Shown one piece after another: positions 52,562 to 62,990 of a stretch of 64,000 nucleotides of DNA. The translations under genes and the position numbers were made by a program. The notes beneath the pieces are model-generated. The model had not been told where the DNA came from. It saw nothing but the letters and a program-made list of their open reading frames with translations, and did not search any database. Source of the DNA: an uncultured delta proteobacterium (GTDB lineage Bacteria; Myxococcota_A; Polyangia; Fen-1088). How positions within the stretch are numbered: position 1 is the first letter of the stretch; every line of letters starts with the position of its first letter. The DNA is taken from assembly GCA_963737265.1 (NCBI GenBank), contig CAVTRY010000012.1, positions 367,178-431,177 of the forward strand. The letters run 5' to 3'.

Positions 52562-53245
52562 ATGGGGCCTCATCGCATATCCACATTCCTGGGGGTCGCC
52601 GCTGTGCTGGCCGGGGTATCCGCCTGCGGCGGCAAGCTCCTGACCGCCTCCGACGCGGGCGCCGAGAGCGAGGCTGACGGCGCGAGCAGCTCGCTTCCGC
52701 CCTCGGGCAGCGGGTCGGCGAGCGGTGGCGGCGGTGGGGTGGTCAGCGGCAGCTCCAGCAGCGGGGGCCCCGTCGTAAGCAGCAGTGGAGCCGTCGGCGG
52801 TTCGAGTGGCGGAGCCAGCTCGAGCAGCAGCGGCGTTTCCGGGGTCGCCTGCACGACCACGACGGAGTGTCCCCGGAACGAGGTGTGCTGCGGCACCATC
52901 ATGATGACGACGAGCTGCCAGCCCGGGCCGTGCCCGGCGACGGCGATCGGCCCGCTCCAGCTCTGTACGTCCGACACGGATTGCGTCACTCGAGGAGACA
53001 CATGCGGCCCGCTCGCCCAGGCCCCGACGCTGCCGATCAAGATCTGCAGCGCGCCCGCCTCGCCCGCAGACGCGGGGGTGAGCTGCTCGTCGTTCTGCAC
53101 CGGCTGCTGCGACTCGAACGGCGTTTGCAACATGGGCGGCAGCGACACGGCGTGCGGCGCGAGGGGATCTCCATGCGTGGACTGCACCGCCGCTTCCTCG
53201 ACGTGCCAGCAGAGAGCGTGCGCGGGGCAGCCGGACGCAGGGTGA
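52562..53245 (+). CDS. Cys-rich lipoprotein
   Basis: Lipobox VSACGG, GS tract, CTGCCD motif. Confidence 0.65.
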   Translation: MGPHRISTFLGVAAVLAGVSACGGKLLTASDAGAESEADGASSSLPPSGSGSASGGGGGVVSGSSSSGGPVVSSSGAVGGSSGGASSSSSGVSGVACTTTTECPRNEVCCGTIMMTTSCQPGPCPATAIGPLQLCTSDTDCVTRGDTCGPLAQAPTLPIKICSAPASPADAGVSCSSFCTGCCDSNGVCNMGGSDTACGARGSPCVDCTAASSTCQQRACAGQPDAG

Positions 53246-53259
53246 TCCGCGAGCGCGTC

Positions 53260-53700
53260 ATGAGATCATGGAAGGTGCTTGTGGTCATCGCGATCGGCTT
53301 CCTTGGCTGCGCCGGCGCGCCCGGTCCTGCGGCGGCACCCCCTCCGGCGGCGGAGAGCGTGCCGAGCACGACGCCGGCCGCGTCGTCCGCCCCGACGGCC
53401 CCGGCGGCGCCAAGCGCGCCGGCCACTCCGGGCGACGTCCTCGAGAGCAACCGTTCGGCGTTCGACGCCTGCTACGCGCAGGCCCGAGCCCTGAACCCCA
53501 CGCTGGGGCGCACCCGGGTGGAGATGACGTTCACCCTCGGCGCCGACGGAAAGCCGGTGACGGTGGACCTGCAATACCGGAATCGAATGGAAGACCGGGC
53601 GAAGGAGTGCATGCGCGACGCGGCGCTCTCCCTCCAGTTCCCTCCCTCGATGCACGGCAGCCAGACTGCGACGCTCGTCTTCACGCCGCCCGGGCCGTGA
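53260..53700 (+). CDS. Lipoprotein with AgmX/PglI (TonB-C-like) C-terminal domain
   Basis: FLGC lipobox; FDACY..A...NP, ECM...LQFP. Confidence 0.65.
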   Translation: MRSWKVLVVIAIGFLGCAGAPGPAAAPPPAAESVPSTTPAASSAPTAPAAPSAPATPGDVLESNRSAFDACYAQARALNPTLGRTRVEMTFTLGADGKPVTVDLQYRNRMEDRAKECMRDAALSLQFPPSMHGSQTATLVFTPPGP

Positions 53701-53719
53701 CTTTCCCGGCGCGACCGCC

Positions 53720-53899
53720 CGGTCGCGTCTCCTTCGACTCCGCGAACGGCCCGTCGATCACGCTTCGCTTGCCGCCTTCGAAGCGGATGCGCGCGCCCTT
53801 CTTCGTGCTCGCGAGGCCGCCGGTCGCCTGGAGTACGCCCGCCTTCGTCATCTCGTCGATGAGGGCGCCCGTCATCTTGTGCATCACCATGAATCGCAT
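53720..53899 (-). pseudogene. YciI-family remnant
   Basis: MRFMVMHK...TKAGVL..TGGL...VIDGPFAESKE with an internal deletion and lost C-terminus. Confidence 0.7.
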
Positions 53900-54093
53900 C
53901 GCGTTTCTCCTCGGTTCGAGCTCGGCCTCGTGCCTCGCTTCTCGGAGCGGCGACGAACTAGCGCGAGCCCGATCGACAAGCTCGCCAACTTTTTCTCTCG
54001 CGGCCCGGACGTTTCCTGGACCGGGTTGGATTGGGTAGTGTTTTCGACTCGCGTCCACAATTTCGGCAGGCGGTCGGCTGTTAGCGTCCGTCG

Positions 54094-54900
54094 ATGCGGT
54101 TTGCGGTGGCAGCAAGCTTCGTCACGCTGGCCGGCGCGAGTGGAGCGTGCGCCGCCCTCAGCGGTCTGACTGACTATCGAGAATGCGCAGGAGACTGCGT
54201 GGACGCGGCCTCACCAATCGACGGAGCTCGCGTCGAGGTTCCGATCGACGGCGGGAGCCGGGAGGAGGACCTCGCGGAGCCCGACAGAGAGGCATCCGGG
54301 GGCGACGACGCCGGGGGCCCGGTGGAGGACGTCGGCGACGCCGTGCCCTCCGTCGACTCGGGGGTGGACGCGCCTCCGCCTCTCGAGGCGGGCACCGGGG
54401 GAGTCGACGCGGGGAACGAAGCGGGTCCGCCTCCGGCGTCCGGTCCGACCTGCGGGCCCAGGGGGACGACCATGAAGTGCGACGCGAGCCAGGTCTGCTG
54501 CGCGAACCCCGCCGCGCAGACGAACGCGTGCGCGGCAACCTGCGCGATGAACGCCACGCTGTCCTGCATGACCGCGTCCGACTGCCCATCGTCGGCGCCC
54601 ATCTGCTGCGCGCACGCGGCCTTCACCCCCGACAGCAAGAACGACCCGCCTCCGGTGTGCCTCGCAACGGCCTTCTCCGCCTCGTGTGCCGCGACGTGCA
54701 ACGACTCTCCTCCGGCCAGCGGCTGCACCTTCAGCGGCACGGTGCGCCTCTGCGGTCACGACGCGGACTGCAAGTCCGACACCGCGAATCCGCTCGGCGC
54801 GGGGTCGGCCAATCAGTGCTGGAACTACAATGGCGCTCCCGAGTCCTGGTGCACGAGTTCGACGGTGGGGAACGTGGGCGGGGGCGTCCATCAGCCCTGA
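54094..54900 (+). CDS. Cys-rich secreted lipoprotein
   Basis: Signal peptide, DAG repeats, CC motifs. Confidence 0.65.
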   Translation: MRFAVAASFVTLAGASGACAALSGLTDYRECAGDCVDAASPIDGARVEVPIDGGSREEDLAEPDREASGGDDAGGPVEDVGDAVPSVDSGVDAPPPLEAGTGGVDAGNEAGPPPASGPTCGPRGTTMKCDASQVCCANPAAQTNACAATCAMNATLSCMTASDCPSSAPICCAHAAFTPDSKNDPPPVCLATAFSASCAATCNDSPPASGCTFSGTVRLCGHDADCKSDTANPLGAGSANQCWNYNGAPESWCTSSTVGNVGGGVHQP

Positions 54901-54955
54901 GCGCCGTGGACGCCCGCGGCAACGGGCCTCACGGCGTGCAGCGCCTGGGTCGTCC

Positions 54956-55677
54956 TCACGGCGCGTCGATCGCGCAGAATCGCCGTGCGCGATCCACGTA
55001 AGGGGACCGTGGGTACGCGTGGGCGAACTTCGCGAGGTCGGCTCTTGCCGCGGGCAGGCGGCCCAGCGCGCAAAGGCACTGCACGCGCGCCGCCATCCGC
55101 TCCTCCGCGAGAGCACCATCCGGAAAGCGCCGCTCGTGCTCGGCGAGCGTCCTCAGCGCCTCCTCGGCGTGGCCCGAGTTGAGCTGCTGCTCGGCTCTCG
55201 ACAGGATGCGGACTTCCTCCTGCAGAGGATCCGATGGCGCGCTCGAGGATCGCGCTGTCGGTCGCGGCGCGCTCGACGCGCCTTCCACGCGGGGCTCCGG
55301 CGCTGGGTCGGCCGTCGGCAGTGCGGGCGGGATGGTGGCCGCGGGCGCCGGATCGGCGGGAGGCGACGAGACCGTGACGGGAACCGCTCCTTGCGACGGC
55401 GTCCGCGTCCAGGGGCGCGCAGCCACGATGACCGCGCCGCCGATGGCGAGCGCGCCCAGTCCGCCAAGGACCCAAGCCCGCAGCGGGAACGCAGCCGGCG
55501 TGAGGCTCCTGCCGACATCCGCGTGGGGGGGGGGGGGTCATCGAGAAACGCGCCGTCACCGAGGGCGCGCGTCAGCGACCGCAGCACGCGTTCGCGATCC
55601 GACGATTCCGGGCGAAACGCCGTCCGGCCAGCGCGGATCAGAGCGGCAGGGTCTGGGCTCTTGTCGCGCATTCTCAT
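54956..55677 (-). CDS. Putative anti-sigma/TPR membrane protein, frameshifted at a G13 tract (55525-55537)
   Basis: ATGA overlap with the sigma gene; TM segment and LQEEV..L...FPDGALAEER...YPRSPY tail in the shifted frame. Confidence 0.65.
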
Positions 55678-56330
55678 CGTCTCTCTTTCTGGTGGCTCTG
55701 CTGGGCAGCGTGCCGGGCGAAGGCGGCGTCGAACTCTTGCCGCGCGGCTCGAAGCCTCGAATACGCTGTGTTCAGGGGGATCCCGAATGCCTCCGCGATC
55801 TCGGGCGCCGTCATCTCCTCGAGCTCCGCCAGGACGAAGACCTCGCGCTTGACGGGATCCAGCTCCCCGAGAAGACGCCAGAGAAGGCGGAGCTCGTCGC
55901 TGAGCAGCGCGAGATCCAGGGGCGAAGGCTGCATGGGGCTCGCCTTGTCGTCGAACGGCTCGGCCGACTCGCGAGCGCTGCGCGCGTGCCTCGCGCGATG
56001 GTAGGTGCTCACCGTGCGACGCACCACGCCGTAGAGCCAGCTCCGCAGGGACGCGGGTCGCTCGAGCGTCTTCAGACGCGCATGCACCACGACGAACACT
56101 TCCTGGACGACGTCGTCCACGGCATCGGGGGGCACGCCCAGGCGCCGCGTGCAGGTCCAGACGAAGTCGAAGTAGCGGTCGTAGACGGCGCGAAAGGACG
56201 GCAGGGCCGTCTCCGCCTCCTGGTGTGCAGGGCGCGCTTCCGCCTGCGAATCCTCCATCGCGGACGCCGCCGTCATCGAAGAAGGCAGTGGGGTCACGGG
56301 CCCGGATCCGTCAAAAGAATCCACTCGCAA
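55674..56330 (-). CDS. ECF sigma-70 factor
   Basis: DDVVQEVF, LRSWLYG, REVFVLAELE, IPLNTAYSRLRAAR. Confidence 0.92.
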   Translation of the reverse strand: MRVDSFDGSGPVTPLPSSMTAASAMEDSQAEARPAHQEAETALPSFRAVYDRYFDFVWTCTRRLGVPPDAVDDVVQEVFVVVHARLKTLERPASLRSWLYGVVRRTVSTYHRARHARSARESAEPFDDKASPMQPSPLDLALLSDELRLLWRLLGELDPVKREVFVLAELEEMTAPEIAEAFGIPLNTAYSRLRAARQEFDAAFARHAAQQSHQKERR

Positions 56331-57497
56331 CCGACTTCTGCGCCGCCCGCGACGAGGGGAACCTGGTAAAGGGGCCCGACGCCATCAATCGCGAACTTCG
56401 GGCGCGACGTGGTGAGCGTCATGTCCGGAGCCAGGAACAGCGTTGCCCACCTGCGCATCGACCACCCCGCGCGGGCCGCGACCCCGACGGTGAGCCAGCT
56501 CACGTGGCCCGAATCCGCCCACGACGTCCGGGCCGGAGCCGCCCGCGCTCACGTCTTCGAGAGCCACAGCCAGACAAGGACCCACCTCGAACAATCCCCC
56601 GGACCAAGCGTAGCAGCCCGACAGCTCTCCGGTTCGCCGATGGTACGTGGCCTCGTAGCGAGCCGCGCTGGTGCCGCTCTGCGACAGCCACAGGAAACCG
56701 GCCATCCGCGCGCGAAATCGGTTCACGCGAAGGCCGACACCGATCCCAAATCCATACGCCCACGACGGAAGGACGCCCGCGTCGACCGCGAGCAAGGGAG
56801 CCTCCAGCAAAAGGGACGCGCCGCGCGTCGTGGAGGGCGCCGGGGTGGTCGACGAAGGGGGCTCGAGCGCCTCGGGGTTCGCGACGACGTCGGAGGGAGC
56901 TGTGGCGGGGGGGGCCGCTGCGGGTGGCGACGCCGCGGATGGTGATGTCGAAGACGGCGACGCTGCGGACGGCGACGCTGCCGGCGGCGACGCTGCGGAT
57001 GGCGATGCGGCAGGTGCCGTTGCGGGCGGTGAGCCGCCGGGCGTGGTCCCCTCGGCGTTCGCCGTGGAAGGCGCGGGCCACGCGGCGGTCGGCGGCGTCG
57101 TGGGCGCGGGCGATCCAGGGGATGGCCGTGGTGTCGCTCCGTCGGTCCGGACCTCTCCGCGCGCGAGAAGCGCCAGCGTGACCGCCGCGGCACCTGCGAG
57201 GCTCTCGCAGGAGGCCGACTCGAAGACGCGGGTCACGGCGGATGGCTCGTCTCCCTGGCGCACGGTCAAGGTCAATCGATAGCGTCCGTCCACCGTCACC
57301 ACCGTGGCCTCGGCGACGAGCCGCTCCTGCCGGGTCGCCTGCTGCGCGTGGGGGCCGAGCAGCCGGCGCACGCGAGCCTGCACGTCGTCGGGACCGGGAC
57401 ACCGGGCCGGCGCGACCCAGCGCACGTCCACCCCCGCCAGCGGCTGGGTGTCGCCGGTCGCGCTCCAGGCCACGACCGCGCTCCCCGCCGCGGCCAT
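56294..57497 (-). CDS. Secreted/outer-membrane hypothetical protein upstream of the ECF sigma; frameshift near 56510
   Basis: WVAPARCP...SCESLAGAAAV, Pro/Ala linker, C-terminal beta strands. Confidence 0.55.
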
Positions 57498-57662
57498 GCT
57501 GAACCTGCACAAGATCGGACCTGCGCGCCGCTCCCGCGAAGTAGTCGCCACTCCCGCGGTACGCTACCGAAGCCGTCCGGAGACGACCACTCGACGCGAG
57601 ATCGAGCGTACGATTTGCGCCGGCACCCCACGACATCCAATACCGGTGACGGATCCGGGTGC

Positions 57663-58604
57663 GTGACGCCACTGCGCAAGGTGATCCCGTCCATCCCGCG
57701 AGGAAGCTCGAGAGCGTCGCCGCGCCTCGCTGCGGCAGCGGCCCTGTCGACGCTTGCCTGTGCGTGCGACCCGACCGTCGTCATCGGCGCGCGCGCCCTG
57801 TCCGACTCCGGCGGCGCCGACAGCACTGTGCCCGGGGCCGGGGACGACGGCGCGACGGTCGATGGCGCGTTGCCCGACGCGGGCGCGTCGGACGCCCCCG
57901 TCTGCGCCACCCCCGGCGCCGCCGCCGGCGCCGTGCCCGATGCGGACGTGCCGGTGAGCGCGCCGTGGACGACGGGCTTCGAGGACGGATTCTGCGACTA
58001 CGCCTTTCCGATGGGGTTCTGCTTCGCGACCGGCGGAGGCGCGTACACGGTGGTGAACTCGCCCGTGCACTCCGGGCAGCACGCGGCGGCTTTCTCCGTG
58101 CAGGGCACCCTCGACGCGGGCGGATCGCAGGCTCGCTGCGTGCAGCAGGGCGTCTTCCCCGGCGCCGCCTACTACGGGGCCTGGTACTACGTGCCCGCGT
58201 CGGCACGGAACGACCTCGTCTGGAATCTCTTTCACTACCAGGGTGGCGTGCCTGGTCAGCCGCCGCACGGCCTGTGGGACGTGTCGCTCGTCAATGCGGG
58301 GGACGGCGGCTCGCTGCACGTCACTTTCTTCGATTTCCTGAACGGCAGCACGCCCAACTCGAACGCCGTCCCGACGATCCCGCTCGGGCAGTGGTTTCAC
58401 CTCGAGGTCTATTTCAAGCGAGCGGGCGACGCGACGGGCGAGCTCTCGCTTTGGCAGGACGGCGTGCCGGCCGTGCACCTCACCGGCCTCGCGACCGACG
58501 ACACGGACTGGGGGCAGTGGTACGTGGGCAACTACGCCAGCGACCTCGTGCCGCCGGCGTCGACGATCTACGTCGATGACGTGACGATCGGCTTCACGCC
58601 ATAG
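57663..58604 (+). CDS. Lipoprotein with polysaccharide lyase-like jelly-roll domain
   Basis: Lipobox ACAC, TGFE, VHSG, YYGAWYY, GQWFHLEV, IYVDDV. Confidence 0.6.
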   Translation: MTPLRKVIPSIPRGSSRASPRLAAAAALSTLACACDPTVVIGARALSDSGGADSTVPGAGDDGATVDGALPDAGASDAPVCATPGAAAGAVPDADVPVSAPWTTGFEDGFCDYAFPMGFCFATGGGAYTVVNSPVHSGQHAAAFSVQGTLDAGGSQARCVQQGVFPGAAYYGAWYYVPASARNDLVWNLFHYQGGVPGQPPHGLWDVSLVNAGDGGSLHVTFFDFLNGSTPNSNAVPTIPLGQWFHLEVYFKRAGDATGELSLWQDGVPAVHLTGLATDDTDWGQWYVGNYASDLVPPASTIYVDDVTIGFTP

Positions 58605-58622
58605 GAGGCGTGAAACGCACGG

Positions 58623-59861
58623 TCAGTGCGTCTTGAGGAAGTCCACCAGCCAGGTCATCGCGGGACGCATCGTGCCGCTGCTCGTCATGAGCCCCGTGTT
58701 CGTCTCCCACGTCGCACCTTCGATGTAGCCCCAGAGCGTGATGCCTTTCACGTTCGCGTCGTTCCAGAACATCGTGAACTGGCTCTGCATCACCTGGGAC
58801 TGCATGGTGTCGTCGGCGATGTTGATGTCGTACTCGGTGATGTAGACCGGCAGGCCGGTCTGGGAGGCCAGGCTGTCGAGCAGGCCCTGGACGGTGCTCG
58901 TGGAGAGCTTGTACGCGTCGTGTCCCTGCGCGCCGACGGCGTCGATGGGCGCGCCGGCTGCCTTGATCGCCTTCACGATCGAAACGAAGTGATCGTGGTC
59001 GCTCTGGTATTCGATGGTGTTGTAGTCGTTCAGGATCAGGATCGCGTTCGGGCAGGCGGCGCGCGCCCACTTGAAGGCATTCACGATCCAGTCGTATCCG
59101 CTGCTGCCCGCGCCGCCGATCAGGTTCGAGTAGGGAGGCGTGGTGTGCGGCGGAGGCTCGTTGACCACGTCGATCAACTTGACGTTGGGATAGCGTGCGC
59201 AGAGGGTCGACATCCAGGTTTGCACCGCGGCCGTCGCAGCGCTCGACGACAGCCCCGCCATCCAGCTTGGCTGCTGGCTCCCCCAGACGAAGTTGTGCTC
59301 CTTGAAGAGGATGCCGTGGCTCTGGGTGTACTGGTACTCGGTGTCGAGCGGCGCCCAGTTGAAGGTGCCCTGCGTGGCCTCGACGGAGCCCCACTTGCCC
59401 TCGTTCTCCGGCGTGAACTGGTTCCAGTACGTGGTGAAGTCCGAGCGGATGGCGCCGTTGGTCGAGATGTTGCCGACGAACTTCTTCCCCGTGGTCCCGC
59501 CGCTGCTCACGCCGGAGTCCGCTCCCGAATCGGAGCTCGAGGTCAATCCGGATCCGGAGTCCGAGCTCGTGCCCGAGCTGGAGCCGGAGCTCGAGGAGGA
59601 CGAAGGGCCGGAGCCCGAGCTCGAGCCCGATCCGGAGCTGGAGGACGAGCCCCCGGCGGCGTCGGACGATCCGGAGCTCGACGCCGAAGGGGTGGACGCG
59701 TCGCTCTCGACGCTCGAATCCGCGCCGGTTCCGGCGGCTCCCTCGTCGCTCGATGGGTTCGAGCTCGATGACCCGCAAGCGACCAGGACGGACAGGAGGG
59801 CCATCGACACGAGGCGGCGGGGATGGGCGGCGCGGTTCATCAACAGTGCAGTGGCGGCCAC
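58623..59861 (-). CDS. GH10 endo-1,4-beta-xylanase lipoprotein
   Basis: TPENEGKW, DVVNEP, NDYN, GAQGH, ITEYD. Confidence 0.92.
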   Translation of the reverse strand: MAATALLMNRAAHPRRLVSMALLSVLVACGSSSSNPSSDEGAAGTGADSSVESDASTPSASSSGSSDAAGGSSSSSGSGSSSGSGPSSSSSSGSSSGTSSDSGSGLTSSSDSGADSGVSSGGTTGKKFVGNISTNGAIRSDFTTYWNQFTPENEGKWGSVEATQGTFNWAPLDTEYQYTQSHGILFKEHNFVWGSQQPSWMAGLSSSAATAAVQTWMSTLCARYPNVKLIDVVNEPPPHTTPPYSNLIGGAGSSGYDWIVNAFKWARAACPNAILILNDYNTIEYQSDHDHFVSIVKAIKAAGAPIDAVGAQGHDAYKLSTSTVQGLLDSLASQTGLPVYITEYDINIADDTMQSQVMQSQFTMFWNDANVKGITLWGYIEGATWETNTGLMTSSGTMRPAMTWLVDFLKTH

Positions 59862-59925
59862 CGGCGGGACCCGTCACGAAAACCTCGCCTGACGGATTTT
59901 CGACGGCGCAGCCACTGCGCTGATT

Positions 59926-61290
59926 GTGCCCACCTCGCGTCCCCCCACTCTCCTTGCGACCGCGCTCGCGTGGCGCTTCATCGCGCCCATGGGCATCGCC
60001 GTCGGGATGCTCGCCGCCGGCCCGGCGCACGCGGCGTCACTCTCGGGACCGATCACCGGATGGGCGAGCGGCGTACCCGGCACCATCTCCATGTACGAGT
60101 ACGTGCCGGCAAAGCTGGCCGCGAAGCCCCCGATCCTGGTGGTCTCTCATTACTGCGGCGGGACTGCAGCGGGGGTGTTCGGCGAGGCGCAAGGGGGCGG
60201 GATCGTGGCGGCGGCCGACCAGTATGGCTTTCTCATGGTCTTTCCGCAGACGTCCAACAACTGCTGGGACGTCGGCACGACGAAGTCCCTCACGCACGAC
60301 GGCGGAGGCGACACGCAGGCGATCGCCGAGATGGTGAAGTACGAGGTCGCCAAGCGCGGCGCCGACGCGAACCGCGTCTACGCGACGGGAACCTCTTCGG
60401 GCGCGATGATGACGGAGGCTCTTCTCGCGGTCTATCCCGACGTGTTCAGGGCAGGCGCCGAGTTCTCCGGGGTGCCCGCGGGATGCTGGGCCGCCAGCGA
60501 CTCCAACGGCCAGTGGAGCGGCCCGTGCGCCACGGGCCAGGTCACGCACACGCCGTCGCAATGGGGCGACATGGTTCGGCCATGGATCCTGGCGTATTCG
60601 GGCGTCCGTCCGCGCATCCAGCTCTGGCACGGCGACGCGGACCAGACCATCAACTACAATAACCAGCTCGAGGCCATCAAGGAATGGACCGACGTGCTGG
60701 GGCTGGATCCAACCCCGATGTCGACGGAATCGGTGACGCTCGACAATCACCAATGGACCCGCCAGAACTGGCAGGACGCGTGCGGCCTCACGGTTCTCGA
60801 CGCGTGGGCGGAGCAGAACGGCCCCCACGGGACGGACGCGAACCTGAACGCGGCGTACGTCATTCCCTTCCTCGACCTCGACAAGACGGGCCCCGATCCA
60901 CAGGCAGCGGCGTGCGGCGACGCCGGACCCGCCGACGCGGGCGATCGCGCCATCGACGCGAGCGCCGGCACCGGCAGCTTTTCGGGCAACAGCGGCCCGG
61001 ATGGCTCCGACGACAGCGCACCTGCGAGCGCGGCTTCGAGCGGGACCGCGAGCGGCGGGTCGGGCGGGTCGGGCGGCAGTGGCGGAGCGAGTGGACTGGG
61101 TACCGGATCCGGCGCGCGGGAGGGAGGCGATGGCACTGCGGGAGAGGCCGGCTCTCCGGCGAATACGGGATGCGGATGCTCGATCGAGGCGAGGGGCGGG
61201 CGGCACACGCTCGCCGCGGCAAGTCTCCTGGGTCTCCTTCTCTTCTGCCGCCGCCGACGGCGCACACGTCGAGCGGCCCCACGATTGTGA
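59926..61290 (+). CDS. CE1-like acetylxylan esterase (LpqC/PHB depolymerase family) with MYXO-CTERM
   Basis: HYCGG, CWDV, GTSSG nucleophile, WHGDAD; GCGCS...TM...RRRR tail. Confidence 0.85.
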   Translation: MPTSRPPTLLATALAWRFIAPMGIAVGMLAAGPAHAASLSGPITGWASGVPGTISMYEYVPAKLAAKPPILVVSHYCGGTAAGVFGEAQGGGIVAAADQYGFLMVFPQTSNNCWDVGTTKSLTHDGGGDTQAIAEMVKYEVAKRGADANRVYATGTSSGAMMTEALLAVYPDVFRAGAEFSGVPAGCWAASDSNGQWSGPCATGQVTHTPSQWGDMVRPWILAYSGVRPRIQLWHGDADQTINYNNQLEAIKEWTDVLGLDPTPMSTESVTLDNHQWTRQNWQDACGLTVLDAWAEQNGPHGTDANLNAAYVIPFLDLDKTGPDPQAAACGDAGPADAGDRAIDASAGTGSFSGNSGPDGSDDSAPASAASSGTASGGSGGSGGSGGASGLGTGSGAREGGDGTAGEAGSPANTGCGCSIEARGGRHTLAAASLLGLLLFCRRRRRTRRAAPRL

Positions 61291-61291
61291 A

Positions 61292-62565
61292 ATGACAGCG
61301 AAGACAGGCGCGATGCGTACCCACGGTAGTTGGCTGGCTCTTGGCGCGATGTTCGTCGGTGCGTGCGGTTCCACCGATTCCCCCCCGGGCTCTGCGTCGA
61401 ACCCGACGGCGTCGGCACCTCCTTCCAGCTCCGGAGCGGGCTCCGGCTCCGGATTCGAGCTCCGGGAACGGCTCGGGCACCAGCGGGGGTTCGAGCTCTC
61501 CGAGCGGGTCGGGGTCGAGCCCCGGCGACGCCTCGGGATCGAGCACCGGGAGCGGTTCGGGAGCGAGCTCCGGGGGCGGCGAAGCCACCGACGCAGCGGG
61601 CGAGTCGGACGGCGGGGACGCGAGCGACTCGGGGCGGACCTGCCCTCTGCCCACGACCTTCAAGTGGACATCGACCGGGCCTCTCGCGTCACCGATGTCG
61701 CCGGCCGGCCATGACTTCGTATCGCTGAAGGACTTCACCTGCGTTCACTGGAACGACCTGTTCATCGCCTACGCCACAGTCTTCGACCAGACGGCGAACG
61801 GGTGGAACATGGTGAACTTCAATTTCAGTGACTGGTCGCAGGCCGCTTCCGCCAGCCAGTTCTACATGCAGAATTCGCCCACCCACGGAGGGGTGGCTCC
61901 GCAGCTCTTCTACTTCAATCCGAAGAAGGAATGGGTGCTCGTCTACCAGTGGGGCGCGACCTTCTCGACGTCGAGCGACCCCTCCAGGCCGCAGATGTGG
62001 AGCGCAGGCGCATCGCTGCTCAACGGCGGACCCTCGGCCGGGATCGACTATTCGGTCATCTGCGACAGCCAGAACTGCTACTTATTTTTCGCAGGCGACA
62101 ACGGCAACGTCTATCAGTCCTCGATGCCAGTCAGCCAGTTCCCCGGCACGTTCAGCGGCTACAAGGTCCTCTTGACCGACAGCAGCAGCAACAACCTGTT
62201 CGAATCGCCGAGGATCTACTCGATCGTCGGTTCGAACCCGACCGAATACCTCTTGATCGTCGAAGCCATCGGGAGTGGCGGGAGGTACTTTCGCTCTTTC
62301 ACCTCGACGAACCTCGCGAGTGGATGGAAGCCCCTGGCAGCGAGCGAGCAGGGTCCCTTCGCCGGCAAGGCGAACGTCACGTTCCAGGCTGACGCGTGGA
62401 CGAACGACATCAGCCACGGCGACATGGTCCGCTACGACCCCGGCGAGACGATGCCCGTCGACGCCTGCAACATGCAGTTTCTCTATCAGGGATTCGACAA
62501 GACCATGCACCCGTCCAGCTACACTCACTCCGTACCGACCCGCGCTCCTCACGATGACGCAGTAA
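61292..62565 (+). CDS. GH62 alpha-L-arabinofuranosidase lipoprotein (frameshifts near 61450 and 62525)
   Basis: WTSTGPL, SLKDF, VAPQLFYF, YLFFAGDNG, LFE, WTNDISHG. Confidence 0.9.
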
Positions 62566-62729
62566 GGGGGATCGACGTGGCACGAGGCCGCAGGCCACCG
62601 GTCGGGGCGCTCCCGGCCGTCGTGGCAGATTCGTGGCAGCAATGACGGCGCTCGAGCCCAGGCGTGGCTCGCCGGCTGAGCGCGCGGCCACGGCGGAGGC
62701 ACGGGCCTGAGCCGGCCCCTGCCTCGCTA

Positions 62730-62990
62730 GACTGGAGATACCTGACCTACCTCCGCGTCTCTCACGCCAGGGAGCTGCTCAGGCGCGGCGCGCGCGTCGC
62801 CGAGGCCGCGCAGGCCGTCGGCTTCTACGACGAGAGCCAGCTCCACCGGCACTTCCGGCGCATCGTCGGCGTCCCGCCGGGCGTCTACGCCAGGAGCTTC
62901 GTCTCGTCCGAACGAACGGGCCAACATCGCCCAAGACGAGCAGCCGCCGCCGACGCATCCTCTCCGCATGAACGAACCCGCTCGCAGTGA
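62730..62990 (+). pseudogene. C-terminal fragment of an AraC-family regulator
   Basis: LRVSHARELL...AAQAVGFYDESQLHRHFRRIVGVPPGVY; N-terminal part absent. Confidence 0.75.
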
